DNA of 64,000 bases from Spirochaetia bacterium (GTDB lineage Bacteria; Spirochaetota; Spirochaetia; WTKD01; G963693115). The notes under the pieces were generated by a model. The model searched no databases. It saw nothing but the letters and a program-made list of their open reading frames with translations, and was not told where the DNA came from. Of the stretch, positions 1 to 10,318 are shown piece by piece; position 1 is the stretch's first letter, and each line of letters begins with the position of its first letter. The stretch lies in the NCBI GenBank assembly GCA_965226055.1, contig CBDDCA010000005.1:640001-704000 (forward strand), written 5' to 3'. Both the position numbers and the translations under genes were made by a program.

Positions 1-3000
1 CTTTCTTCTGCACTTTTATCTTATCCTTATCCATGATTGTTATAGTGCTATCAAAACTCACTAGTATCACTGCTCCTACTATATATGGATCGTTACTGCT
101 ATCCAGTACTGGACCGCCACTTATCACTATATCCTTGTTCGTTGGCGCTATCGTATCATTGAGTATATCTCCTGCTGCTTTCACTGCTCCTGCTTCTAGC
201 TCTATCCTATAGGTTTCTCCTTTCGTGGGGGTCTGTGCTACAGTCAGCTTCAACGCATTGTTTGATGATACTAATCCTTTGTTCGCTGCTGGTAATTCAC
301 TGTCAGTTAAGTCAATAAATGCACTTCCTCCTACTGCTTGCTTCTTCAGTTTTATCTTACTCTTGTCCTCTATGCTCACTACTTTATCCAGCGGTATGGT
401 AAACTCTTTTCCTACTACTGACATTGCTTTGCTTCCATCAAGCATCGCTCCTCCTGTTACCACTACATCTTTATCTGTTGGTGCTATTGCTCCGTTTCCT
501 TCATCTGTGTCTTTCACTGCTCCTGCCTCTAGTGCTATTCTGTAGCTATCGTTGTTTCTCAATGTTCCTACCAATGTCAACTTCAGCTGTTTATCATTCC
601 CTCCTGCCCTTTGTTTATTGGCTTCCGGTAACTCGCTTGTACTCACTTCTTTATAGCTCACTTCGCTTGTTGTTTTCTTGAGTACTTTTATTTTATTCTT
701 CGATACTATTGTTATTGTTCTATCAAATGTTACTGTTATCACTTTACTTGCCAAGCTAACATTTCCATCAAGTACCGGGCCTCCGCTTATCACTATATCC
801 TTATCGGTTGGTGAGATCTCTGCGTTTCCTTCACTTGCATCTTTTACTGCTCCTGCTTCCAGCTTTATCCTATACGTTTCTCCTGTCCGTACTGTTCCTA
901 CAAGCGTCAGTTCTAACTGCTTATTATCACTGCTATTGATTACTTTATTTGCTGCGGGCAATACTGTCGCATTCAATTCACTAAAGCTTGACCCTCCTAC
1001 TGCTTGCTTCAATACTTTTACCTTGCTTTTATCCAAAAATGTTATTGCTTTTGTAAAGAATACTCGTATCTCTTTGCCTACTATATACGGATCTTTGCTG
1101 CTATCTAGGACCGGGCCTCCTGTTATCACTATGTCCTTATCGGTCGGTGCTATTGCCTCATTGTCTCTCCCATTCGCACTCACAGCCCCCGCTTCCAATT
1201 CTAGCCTATATGTGTCTCCTGTTGTCGGAGACGGTATTGTTATTTTTAGTATCTTTTTATCTGTGTCCAGTTCTTTATTACTTCCTGATACTACTAGCTC
1301 TGTAAATGTGCCTCCTGATGCTTTCTTCTGCACTTTTATCTTGCTCTTGTCCTCTATGCTCACCACTCTATCAAAGATTACTCGTATCACAGTTCCTACT
1401 ATATACGGAGGGATACTATTATTTAACACAGGATTCTCCTTTATCACTATGTCCTTATCGGTCGGTGAAATCTCTGCATTTCCTTCATTCTCAGAGAGTA
1501 TGGCTCCTGCTTCCAGCTTTATCCTATAGGTTTCTCCTGTCCGTACTGTTCCTACAAGCGTTAGTTCGAGTAGTTTCTTATTACTCCCATTGAGTACTTT
1601 ATTTGCTTCGGGCAAGGCTGTCGTATTCAATTCACTAAAGGTTGATCCTCCTACTGCTTGCTTCAATACTTTTATCTTGCTCTTATCGAGAAATGCTATA
1701 GCTTTATCAAATGTCACTGTTATCTCTTTGCCTACTATGTACGGGGCTTGATTGTTATCTAGCACCGGGCCTCCTGTTATCTCTATGTCCTTATTTTCTG
1801 GTGCGAGCTCTGTATTTCCTTCATCGGTATCTCGTACTGCTCCTGCTTCTAGCTTTATCCTATACTTGTCTCCTGTCTGTACTGTTCCTACAAGCGTCAG
1901 TTCGAGTAGTTTCTTATTACTTCCATTGAGTACTTTATTTGCTTCGGGCAACGCAGTGGTATTTAATGCAATAAACGATGAGCCACCTGATGCTTGCTTT
2001 AGTACTTGTATCTTGCTTTTATCCAGTATCTCCACATTCCTATCAAACATTACTGTTATCTCTTTGCCCACTATGTATGGATCTTTACTGCTATCTAGTA
2101 CCGGGCCTCCTGTTATCACTATGTCCTTATCGGTCGGTGAAATCTCTGCATTTCCTTCGTTCTCAGAGAGTACGGCTCCTGCTTCTAGCTTTATCCTATA
2201 TGTTTCTCCTGTCTGTACTGTTCCTACAAGTGTCAGCTCTAGTTGCTTCTTATCACTGCTATTGAGTACTTTATTTGCTTCAGGCAAGGCACTTGCATTC
2301 AATTCACTAAAGGTTGACCCTCCTACTGCTTGCTTCAATACTTTTACCTTGCTCTTATCGAGGAATGCTATAGCTTTTGTAAAGAACACTCGTATCTCTT
2401 TGCCTACTATATACGGATCTTTGCTTGTATCTAATACTGCTCCTCCTGTTATCACTATGTCCTTATCCGTTGGCGCTAGCTCTTCATTGGCTTTCTTATT
2501 CCCATTCTCTACTGCTCCTGCTTCTAGCTTTATCCTATAGGTTTCTCCTGTCTGCGTCGCTGGTATTGTCACTTTTAGCTGTGTTGCATCATTGCTGTCC
2601 AGTACTACACTACTCACCGACACCTCTGTAAAATTAGATGCTCCTCCTGATTGCTTCAATACTTTTACCTTACTCGCATCCAGCAGTGTTACTGCTCCTG
2701 CAAAACTCACTGTTATCTCTCTGCCTACTATGTACGGACCCTCTGGAGATAACTCAGGCTTTTCCTCTATCTCTATGTCCTTATCGGTCGGTGAAATCTC
2801 TGCATTTCCTTCATCGGTATCTCGTACTGCTCCTGCTTCCAGCTTTATCCTATACTTGTCTCCTGTTTGTATCGTTTCTGTTTCTGATAACGTCAGCTCT
2901 AATAGTTTCTTATCACTCCCATTCAGTACTTTATTTGCTTCGGGCAAGGCTGTCGCATCTAATTCACTAAAGACTGATCCGCCTGATGCTTGCTTCAGTA

Positions 3001-3200
3001 CCTTTATCTTGCTCGTATCCAGCAGTACTAATTCTTTATCAAACGCTACTGTTATCTCTTTGCCTACTATATACGGATCTTTGCTGCTATCCAGTACCGG
3101 ACCCCCGTTTATCTCTATGTCCTTATCGGTCGGCTCTCTCTGCCCACTTTGTTGATTGCTTATATCTGTCAACGCTCCTGCTTCAAAGGATATGCGGTAC
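1..3200 (-). repeat. Intragenic tandem repeat array, ~318-342 bp units, at least 9 copies
   Basis: The (T/N)DKDI anchor recurs near 131, 470, 799, 1134, 1453, 1788, 2124, 2460, 2778 and 3120. Positions 1-22 are identical to 1321-1342. Confidence 0.9.
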
Positions 3201-4210
3201 ACCTCTCCTTGCTTGGGAGCCTGTCCTAATTCTAACTCTAAGTGCTTCTTTTGCTCCTTATTTATCTTCTTGTTTATATCGGGAAGCTCAGACACTGTCA
3301 ACTCTTCATAGTTTTCTCCTTGCTTTTTCTTCACTTTTATCTTTGATGCTTCTATACTTTTTAATGCTATCCCAAATACTACTGTTATCTTTTTTCCTAC
3401 TATATATACTGCCTGCTCCTGTAATGGATTTTGTTGATACTCTATCTCTCCTGTTTCCCATCTGGTCGCATTTCCTTCTGTTGCTCCTTTTATTCCTCCT
3501 TTCTCTATAATCACCTTGTATTTCTCTTGGGCTTTTGCTCCTTCTTTTAATTCTATTTCTAACTGACTCTTATCTGCTTCTTTTACTGCTACTGATGATA
3601 CCTCTATATCTGCATAGCTGTCTGCTCCCTTCTTTTGCGCCTTTATCTTGCTCGCATCCAGTATCCTTATTTCTTCATTAAATGTTATTATTATTTTCTT
3701 GCCTCCTGCAGGATCTATGTACCATAGCCCTATCTCTAGTTCAGGCTCCTTGTTTATCGTTACTCGCTTATCCTCTGATCGCTCATTTGTCTTGCCTGCG
3801 GTACTCTTTACTCCTCCTGCTTGTATCTGCACTGCATACATCTCCTCTTTCTCTACTTTCTTTGTGAATGTTATCACGAGCGTTTTCCCTTCCAGCTTTA
3901 GCGTATAGTCCTTTGTCAATGCCAGCTTACTTGCTGTCCCTCCTTTTACTGTCTTGTTGATTACTATCTTGCTTGCTTCATAGGACGCAAGCGGATCAGA
4001 AAATAATACTACCAGCTTCTCTTCTTGCTTATACAATTCTTCCCATGACAGTACTGCCTGTGGCGGTGGTACTGGTGGTGCTGACGATGAGCTACTGCTA
4101 CTTTCAGGCTCCTCACAACTTCCCACTACCATCATCAGTAGTATCGCCCCTAACACGATATATCTATTCTTTATGCCTCTTGCATGATTCTTATTATTTT
4201 TTTGGTTCAT
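1..4210 (-). CDS. Giant surface lipoprotein with tandem ~110-aa Ig-like repeats (partial, runs off the left edge, >1400 aa)
   Basis: Not in the ORF track. Manual translation from ATG 4210 (GGAGG RBS 5 nt upstream) gives MNQKNNKNHARGIKNRYIVLGAILLMMVVGS-C-EEPESSSSSSS, i.e. a lipobox and Ser linker. The same frame reads as repeat protein at position 1. Repeats of YRIKLEAGAV...TDKDIVITGGPVLDSSKDPYIVGKEI recur every ~318-342 bp. The Ig-like fold is inferred. Confidence 0.9.
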   Translation of the reverse strand, partial: MNQKNNKNHARGIKNRYIVLGAILLMMVVGSCEEPESSSSSSSAPPVPPPQAVLSWEELYKQEEKLVVLFSDPLASYEASKIVINKTVKGGTASKLALTKDYTLKLEGKTLVITFTKKVEKEEMYAVQIQAGGVKSTAGKTNERSEDKRVTINKEPELEIGLWYIDPAGGKKIIITFNEEIRILDASKIKAQKKGADSYADIEVSSVAVKEADKSQLEIELKEGAKAQEKYKVIIEKGGIKGATEGNATRWETGEIEYQQNPLQEQAVYIVGKKITVVFGIALKSIEASKIKVKKKQGENYEELTVSELPDINKKINKEQKKHLELELGQAPKQGEVYRISFEAGALTDISNQQSGQREPTDKDIEINGGPVLDSSKDPYIVGKEITVAFDKELVLLDTSKIKVLKQASGGSVFSELDATALPEANKVLNGSDKKLLELTLSETETIQTGDKYRIKLEAGAVRDTDEGNAEISPTDKDIEIEEKPELSPEGPYIVGREITVSFAGAVTLLDASKVKVLKQSGGASNFTEVSVSSVVLDSNDATQLKVTIPATQTGETYRIKLEAGAVENGNKKANEELAPTDKDIVITGGAVLDTSKDPYIVGKEIRVFFTKAIAFLDKSKVKVLKQAVGGSTFSELNASALPEANKVLNSSDKKQLELTLVGTVQTGETYRIKLEAGAVLSENEGNAEISPTDKDIVITGGPVLDSSKDPYIVGKEITVMFDRNVEILDKSKIQVLKQASGGSSFIALNTTALPEANKVLNGSNKKLLELTLVGTVQTGDKYRIKLEAGAVRDTDEGNTELAPENKDIEITGGPVLDNNQAPYIVGKEITVTFDKAIAFLDKSKIKVLKQAVGGSTFSELNTTALPEANKVLNGSNKKLLELTLVGTVRTGETYRIKLEAGAILSENEGNAEISPTDKDIVIKENPVLNNSIPPYIVGTVIRVIFDRVVSIEDKSKIKVQKKASGGTFTELVVSGSNKELDTDKKILKITIPSPTTGDTYRLELEAGAVSANGRDNEAIAPTDKDIVITGGPVLDSSKDPYIVGKEIRVFFTKAITFLDKSKVKVLKQAVGGSSFSELNATVLPAANKVINSSDNKQLELTLVGTVRTGETYRIKLEAGAVKDASEGNAEISPTDKDIVISGGPVLDGNVSLASKVITVTFDRTITIVSKNKIKVLKKTTSEVSYKEVSTSELPEANKQRAGGNDKQLKLTLVGTLRNNDSYRIALEAGAVKDTDEGNGAIAPTDKDVVVTGGAMLDGSKAMSVVGKEFTIPLDKVVSIEDKSKIKLKKQAVGGSAFIDLTDSELPAANKGLVSSNNALKLTVAQTPTKGETYRIELEAGAVKAAGDILNDTIAPTNKDIVISGGPVLDSSNDPYIVGAVILVSFDSTITIMDKDKIKVQKK

Positions 4211-4266
4211 ATGGACCTCCATATTTTTTATTTATATGATGATTGCTCATCATCCTTACATTCCCT

Positions 4267-4296
4267 ATTATAGCAGTATTTTCTTTTTTATGGCAA
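4267..4296 (-). promoter_or_regulatory. Putative sigma70 promoter of the repeat lipoprotein
   Basis: The minus strand reads TTGCCA (4296-4291), an 18 bp spacer, then TATAAT (4272-4267) with an extended -10 (TG-C-TATAAT). Confidence 0.6.
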
Positions 4297-4321
4297 TATT
4301 TTTACACATTTTATTGCTTTA

Positions 4322-4335
4322 CCCCCCCCCCCCCC
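4322..4335. repeat. C14 homopolymer (G14 on the lipoprotein coding strand) upstream of the promoter
   Basis: Direct count; highly unusual in AT-rich intergenic DNA. Confidence 0.9.
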
Positions 4336-4503
4336 GATTTTTTTTACATTTTTATATAACTCATTTATGTAATGTATTATTACAATGTTTTCTCAGATTT
4401 GCATCCACAATTATAATAATTTCGTAAGAATCATCAAAAATTTTCTAAAAGTATTATAGTAATAAAAGAGGTACTATCATACATATGTATCTTGGGAGGT
4501 ACT

Positions 4504-6387
4504 ATGAAACACATTACACTATTTACTCAGAAAAAACATATATATAATAAAAAATACATATGTTCTCATCATTATAACATTTCTCTAATACTGTATATTT
4601 TGTTCATACTTATTATCAGTAATGTACTATTTTCTTGCAAAAAAACCCAAGAAGTGAGCAGAGCAGAAGCACTCAATCTACAACAAGCATATGCATCACG
4701 TATATTAAACAAAACAGTAACAAAGCCTGGTCCTCCACAATATTCTGTTGGCTTCTATGGAGGAAATTATAGTTCTACCATAACAAGCGATATAAAAAGT
4801 TTTAATATGATAGTGATATTTGATGCAATTACAAGCTCGTTGGTACAAAACTTTTTTCCCTATCTCTTTGAATATGATGCATACAAAAAAAAGTTCACTC
4901 CTCATCTTGCAGAAAAATTCACAGTGGAATACGATCAAGAAAAAGATATAAGTTATGTATATGTTACTCTTCGAAAGAATGTATTTTGGACAACTATACA
5001 AGAGAAAAAAGTACAATGTACAAGTGATGATGTTATATATTGGTACAATGAAGTAGTAGGAGATAAACGACTACAAATGTCTGCATATACTGGACAATTT
5101 ATCACCTTAGCAGACGGAAACAAAAAGCGAATTGAAATAGAAAAAATTGACACTTATACATTTCGTTTTATTATACCACGTATTGTAGCAAATCCCTTGC
5201 TCATGGTAAATATGAATTTTGGGCCAAAATATATATATGAGAAAGCAAAAAACGAAGAAGACATACAGGGACTCATAAATGCACTAAGCATTGATACTCC
5301 CCCAAGCGAAGTTCCTTCAATAGGGCCATATGTATTAACCGAATATGTACCAGCACAACGTATTATTCTTACAAAAAACCCTCATTACTGGAAATTGGAT
5401 AGTGAAAATAATGCCCTTGCATATATAGAGAAAAAAGTAATTTCCATTGCAGCTGAAAATACATCGTTGCTTATGCTAAAAAACAAAGAAATTTCGGGAC
5501 GAACACTAAGCAATAGCGAGCTTGACGAACTTATTACTATAGAAACCCCTCATTTTACCATTTATAACGCAGGGACTGGACTAGGGTCCATGTTTTTCTC
5601 TTTTAATCAAAATACAGATGTTGAAGACGAACATAAACTACGTTGGTTTACAAGCAAAAAATTTAGACAGGCAATGAGTTCTGCAGTTCCCCGTCAACGT
5701 ATTGTAAATGAAGTACACAGAGGATTAGGAGAGCCAGCTCTTCATTTCTATGCAAAAGCAAACCCTTTTTTCAACTCATCAATACAACTAAAATATACAT
5801 ATAATCTTGATAGAGCAAAATCGTTACTGAAAGAAGACGGTTTTTATCTAAAAGAAGCGGTACTGTACGATAGACACCATGTTCCAGTAGAATTTGAAAT
5901 TATGATGAGTGCTGAAAATAAAGATGGGGTTGATGCTACCACTATTTTTTCACAAGAGCTTGAAAAACTTGGCATAACAGTTACTATTCGTCCTCTTGAT
6001 TTTCAAAATTTAGTAGAACGACTTAGTACAAGCTACGATTGGGATGCAGTATGGATAGGCTTAGGTGCAAACTATTGGCCAACTGGAGGTATCAATGTAT
6101 GGCCAAGCAATGGCAGATTACATCTTTGGTATCCTTTACAAGAAACCCCTGCTACAACCTGGGAAGCTGAGATAGACAAACTGTACTCTATGGGAAAGTA
6201 TACTATCAATCGTGAGAAAAGGCAAGAGATATACGATACATTACAGACTATTATGCTTGAAGAATTACCGATAATCTATACAGTGCATGTAAATAGCTTT
6301 ACTGCTATTGATACTAATGTAAAAAATGTATTTATTGACAATTTACAGGGTTCTGATAGCATATACCACTTCTTTCAAGAGCAATAA
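4504..6387 (+). CDS. Peptide/nickel ABC transporter substrate-binding lipoprotein (family 5)
   Basis: LFSC lipobox, SIGPY motif, NPHYWK, FRQAMS; GGAGG RBS before ATG 4504. Confidence 0.9.
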   Translation: MKHITLFTQKKHIYNKKYICSHHYNISLILYILFILIISNVLFSCKKTQEVSRAEALNLQQAYASRILNKTVTKPGPPQYSVGFYGGNYSSTITSDIKSFNMIVIFDAITSSLVQNFFPYLFEYDAYKKKFTPHLAEKFTVEYDQEKDISYVYVTLRKNVFWTTIQEKKVQCTSDDVIYWYNEVVGDKRLQMSAYTGQFITLADGNKKRIEIEKIDTYTFRFIIPRIVANPLLMVNMNFGPKYIYEKAKNEEDIQGLINALSIDTPPSEVPSIGPYVLTEYVPAQRIILTKNPHYWKLDSENNALAYIEKKVISIAAENTSLLMLKNKEISGRTLSNSELDELITIETPHFTIYNAGTGLGSMFFSFNQNTDVEDEHKLRWFTSKKFRQAMSSAVPRQRIVNEVHRGLGEPALHFYAKANPFFNSSIQLKYTYNLDRAKSLLKEDGFYLKEAVLYDRHHVPVEFEIMMSAENKDGVDATTIFSQELEKLGITVTIRPLDFQNLVERLSTSYDWDAVWIGLGANYWPTGGINVWPSNGRLHLWYPLQETPATTWEAEIDKLYSMGKYTINREKRQEIYDTLQTIMLEELPIIYTVHVNSFTAIDTNVKNVFIDNLQGSDSIYHFFQEQ

Positions 6388-6408
6388 ATAGTACAATACA
6401 ATAAGTGT

Positions 6409-7461
6409 ATGCAAAAAAATAAACACAGTGCAAAGAATACACATACGCATCCTTTGTATAGCTTTATAGTAAAACGTACTTTTACTATTTTCACTATGCT
6501 TTTTGTTCTTGGCTTGATACTATTTGGGCTTATAGCCTTAGCTCCAGGCAATATTGTCGATAATTATGTGATACAACAAATTTTTTCTTCTGAAGGAGTA
6601 GGAAGCGAAGAGCAGTTTAGTGAAGAAGCAATAGCAGCAGCAAAAGCTCGTTTAGGACTAGACAAACCATTTTATGTACAGTATGTTCAATGGCTCAAAC
6701 AGGTATTTATTGACAGAGATTTAGGACGTAGCTTTATCAGTAGAGCTCCTATTTTGTTTCTTGTACAGCAGAGAATGATAAATACACTTGTACTCAACAC
6801 GCTCTCACTTATTGTATTGACAGCACTCTCTTTTTCCATTAGCATTGTCCTTTCTGCATTTAGTACCAGTAAATATGATTTTTTTATTGCATTTACTGCT
6901 ATATTGCTCAGCTCAATACCAGGCATACTTATACTTACATTGCTACAATTATTTGCAGCAAGCACAGGACTGTTTCCTATTACTGGATACCCTCCGTTTT
7001 CTTTTGTAGAAGCTCCTTTGCAGTTTATTTTTTCTTATAGCTATCATATTTTTATTCCACTGCTGGGGAGCTTTTTAATCGGTATAGGAAGTACATTACG
7101 AATGGTGAGAGCTACTATGCTTGATCAACTGGGAAAGCCTTTTATTCGTGTCTTACGAAGTCGTGGAGTTAGTGAAAAGCGTATTCTCTTTCATCATGCA
7201 TTTATGAATACTGTAAACCCCTATATTACTAATAGTGCAACATTGCTTGCTTCATTATTCTCAGGTTCTCTTATTTTAGAAATAATTTTTTCATATCCAG
7301 GAATGGGGACTCTCATGTTTGAAGCGGTACGACAAGAAGATATTCATCTTGTTGTGACAAATATATTGTTTATCAGCACACTCATTCTTATAGGAATTCT
7401 TATATCAGACATTGTATTAGCGATCATTGATCCTCGTATTCGTTACACAAAAGATACATAA
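6409..7461 (+). CDS. Peptide ABC transporter permease (OppB/DppB-like)
   Basis: LGLDKPFYVQY, DLGRS and EIIFSYPGMG motifs; multiple TM helices. Confidence 0.92.
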   Translation: MQKNKHSAKNTHTHPLYSFIVKRTFTIFTMLFVLGLILFGLIALAPGNIVDNYVIQQIFSSEGVGSEEQFSEEAIAAAKARLGLDKPFYVQYVQWLKQVFIDRDLGRSFISRAPILFLVQQRMINTLVLNTLSLIVLTALSFSISIVLSAFSTSKYDFFIAFTAILLSSIPGILILTLLQLFAASTGLFPITGYPPFSFVEAPLQFIFSYSYHIFIPLLGSFLIGIGSTLRMVRATMLDQLGKPFIRVLRSRGVSEKRILFHHAFMNTVNPYITNSATLLASLFSGSLILEIIFSYPGMGTLMFEAVRQEDIHLVVTNILFISTLILIGILISDIVLAIIDPRIRYTKDT

Positions 7462-7462
7462 T

Positions 7463-8509
7463 ATGCAATTATTACAAACCTATAGAGCAAAATTTTCTGT
7501 TATTACTCTCTCGTTTCTCTACTTTGGACTTATTTTCTGTAATTTCCTTAGCCCCTATTCTCCTCACAGATCTTTTGAAGGATTTTTATATCATCCCCCA
7601 AATATTACATTATATTCTCAAGAATTAGGGTTTGGATTACAAGTACAACGGTATATTGTCGTTGATACATTATCTCAAAAGAGACTTCCCTTAAAGGGCG
7701 AATATGAAAAAATACATTTCTTTCGTAGCGGACATAAGTACAAATTACTGGGGATATTTCCTAGTAATATACATTTATTTCAAGGGCAACAGTATCCTGT
7801 CTTTATTATGGGATCAGATGCACTAGGAAGAGATATATTTTCTCGTATACTCTATGGATCTCGTGTATCTCTTACCATTGGCATTTTAGCATTGTTAATT
7901 TCTATTCCATGGGGATGTCTCTTAGGAGGAATAGCAGGATACTACGGAGGTATATGGGACTGGATTATCATGCGCTTTGCAGAAATTATTATGCTAATAC
8001 CAAGTTTATACTTACTTCTATTTCTCCGTTCGATATTTCTCCCTAACACTACGCCTGCACAAGCGTATATTATTATTACTATCATATTTTCATTCTTTTC
8101 TTTTCCGAGCTTAGCAAGAATGATACGTGGTATGGTATACAGTTTACGGCAAGAAGATTTTATTAAATCTGCACAGCTTGATGCTGTTCCTGATATAGTA
8201 ATTATTGTTCGCCATATTCTCCCATATGTTTCAAGTATAGTACTCATCAGTGCTTCTTTTTCTATTCCTGCTACTATATTATCTGAAGTAGTACTAGGAT
8301 ATTTGGGTTTAGGCATTACCGAACCTTCGGTAAGCTGGGGAGCACTTCTTAACAGAGATGTGCTAAGTATCAGTACTATACAAAAATATCCTTGGCTACT
8401 TTACCCTGGATTATTTTTGACATTGGCAAGTATTTCATTTAATTTTCTAGGGGAACGATTACGAGACATGCTTGATCCCTATCATTCAGGAGTGAGAAGT
8501 GATTCCTAA
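7463..8509 (+). CDS. Peptide ABC transporter permease (OppC/DppC-like)
   Basis: GSDALGRDIFSRILYGSRVSL, RHILP and PSVSWG motifs. Confidence 0.92.
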   Translation: MQLLQTYRAKFSVITLSFLYFGLIFCNFLSPYSPHRSFEGFLYHPPNITLYSQELGFGLQVQRYIVVDTLSQKRLPLKGEYEKIHFFRSGHKYKLLGIFPSNIHLFQGQQYPVFIMGSDALGRDIFSRILYGSRVSLTIGILALLISIPWGCLLGGIAGYYGGIWDWIIMRFAEIIMLIPSLYLLLFLRSIFLPNTTPAQAYIIITIIFSFFSFPSLARMIRGMVYSLRQEDFIKSAQLDAVPDIVIIVRHILPYVSSIVLISASFSIPATILSEVVLGYLGLGITEPSVSWGALLNRDVLSISTIQKYPWLLYPGLFLTLASISFNFLGERLRDMLDPYHSGVRSDS

Positions 8510-9356
8510 TACAGATACATTACTCAATATTGAAAATTTGACAGTTTCATTTAAGAAAAAAAAGAGCATTCATACTGTTGTGCATAACTTTTCTTTATCA
8601 GTACCATACAATCATATAGTTGGCATTGTAGGAGAAAGCGGTTCTGGAAAAAGTATAAGCATGCTTGCATTATTGGGACTGTTGCCTAACCATGCTTCAA
8701 AAAAAGTAGCTGCTATCCATTGGAAACAAAAAGATATAGCATCATTATCGAAACAAGAGCTTCGTACATATTGTGGTAAAGATTTTGCTTATATCTATCA
8801 AGAACCTTCTCAGGCATATGATCCTCTCTATACTATTTATAAAACATTTAGAGAATGCTATCTTGCCCACAGCCCTACTGTAAGTAATGATATTATACAT
8901 AAGAATACCATAGCACTATTACAAGAGGTGGGAATAGACCAAGCAGAAGAGAGATTACACAGCTATTTTCATCAATTTTCTGGAGGAATGATTCAAAGAG
9001 TACAAATTGCACTTGCTTTAGTACACAATCCTTCGTTGCTTATTGCAGATGAGATAACTACTGCACTTGATGTTACTACACAAAAGAAAATTATAGAGCT
9101 TTTACTGTACACAAAAAAACAACACGCTATGTCTATGATATTTATATCTCATGATATAGCACTTATAGCAAGCATAGCAGACAGCATTGTAGTAATGAAT
9201 AATGGCTCTATTGCTGAGTATGGCACAACCCAACAAATAATCAAGCAACCACAACACGCATACACACAGCAACTACTTTCATCCACTATTAGTTTTGGTG
9301 AACGACACACAAAGACATACCAGCATACTCATAAAAAGGATGGCACAAAACGATGA
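8499..9356 (+). CDS. Peptide ABC transporter ATP-binding protein (OppD-like)
   Basis: GESGSGKS Walker A, FSGGMIQR signature, LLIADE Walker B. Confidence 0.93.
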   Translation: MIPNTDTLLNIENLTVSFKKKKSIHTVVHNFSLSVPYNHIVGIVGESGSGKSISMLALLGLLPNHASKKVAAIHWKQKDIASLSKQELRTYCGKDFAYIYQEPSQAYDPLYTIYKTFRECYLAHSPTVSNDIIHKNTIALLQEVGIDQAEERLHSYFHQFSGGMIQRVQIALALVHNPSLLIADEITTALDVTTQKKIIELLLYTKKQHAMSMIFISHDIALIASIADSIVVMNNGSIAEYGTTQQIIKQPQHAYTQQLLSSTISFGERHTKTYQHTHKKDGTKR

Positions 9357-10255
9357 AAGTAACGCCCCCATCTAAAACAGTGCTGTATAAAGGAGAACAT
9401 GTAACAAAAGAGTACAAACTCCATAGCTCCTATTTTTCTTCTCAAAAAAGAACAGTGACAGCTTTACAAAATATAGAGTTTGAAATTCCTCAACAATCTC
9501 TCTTTGGTATTGTAGGACAGTCAGGAAGTGGTAAAAGTACACTCATGCGTTTATTGATTGGATTGGAAACACCTACACAAGGCAAGATACATTTTTTTGA
9601 TACTAATACAAACAATACTATAATAGACAATACACAAGAAACCTGTCTTTCAGCATTTACAAAACAACAATTACAGCTCTATCAAACAAAAGTAAAAATG
9701 ATTTTTCAAGATCCTGCACGTTCTCTTAATCATCGATTGTCTGTAGAGACAATACTATTAGATAGCTTACGCTACTCTCCTTTTTTTACTCAGCTATGCA
9801 AAAAAGAAAAATTGTTCACTTGGAAAACAAAAAAACAGTTAGCACTTGATATCATATACAATACCTTACAATTAGTAGATTTTGATGTACCAAATATACA
9901 GCATATGGTAAAGCGATACCCAAGTGATTTTTCAGGAGGACAAAGGCAACGCATAGCCATTGCTCGAGCACTTATCCATAATCCTCACGTCATTATTTGC
10001 GATGAGATAACATCTTCATTAGATGCACAAACACGTAAAACCATAGCCAACATGTTAGTTGAATTACACCAAACAAAAGGAATAACAATATTGTTTATCA
10101 CTCATGATCTTGCACTTGTAACGTATTTGTGCGACATTGTTATGGTAATGAAAGACGGTACTATTGTAGACACAGTAGAGTATACTGATATTCTCTCGGG
10201 GACAATTTCAGATGATACAAAAGAATTACTTACTGCTCTCCCTCCAAAAATATAA
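9353..10255 (+). CDS. Peptide ABC transporter ATP-binding protein (OppF-like)
   Basis: GQSGSGKS, FSGGQRQR, IICDE. Confidence 0.93.
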   Translation: MKVTPPSKTVLYKGEHVTKEYKLHSSYFSSQKRTVTALQNIEFEIPQQSLFGIVGQSGSGKSTLMRLLIGLETPTQGKIHFFDTNTNNTIIDNTQETCLSAFTKQQLQLYQTKVKMIFQDPARSLNHRLSVETILLDSLRYSPFFTQLCKKEKLFTWKTKKQLALDIIYNTLQLVDFDVPNIQHMVKRYPSDFSGGQRQRIAIARALIHNPHVIICDEITSSLDAQTRKTIANMLVELHQTKGITILFITHDLALVTYLCDIVMVMKDGTIVDTVEYTDILSGTISDDTKELLTALPPKI

Positions 10256-10318
10256 TATACCCATACCTTTTTGTATAATCATCATTTCATAATTTACAAT
10301 TTATAGTATACTAAATGA

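Noticed and set aside
225-4427. Many + strand ORFs rich in Ser/Leu/Phe
   Set aside because: These are antisense shadows of the A-rich minus-strand lipoprotein gene and its promoter. They have no RBS or motifs.
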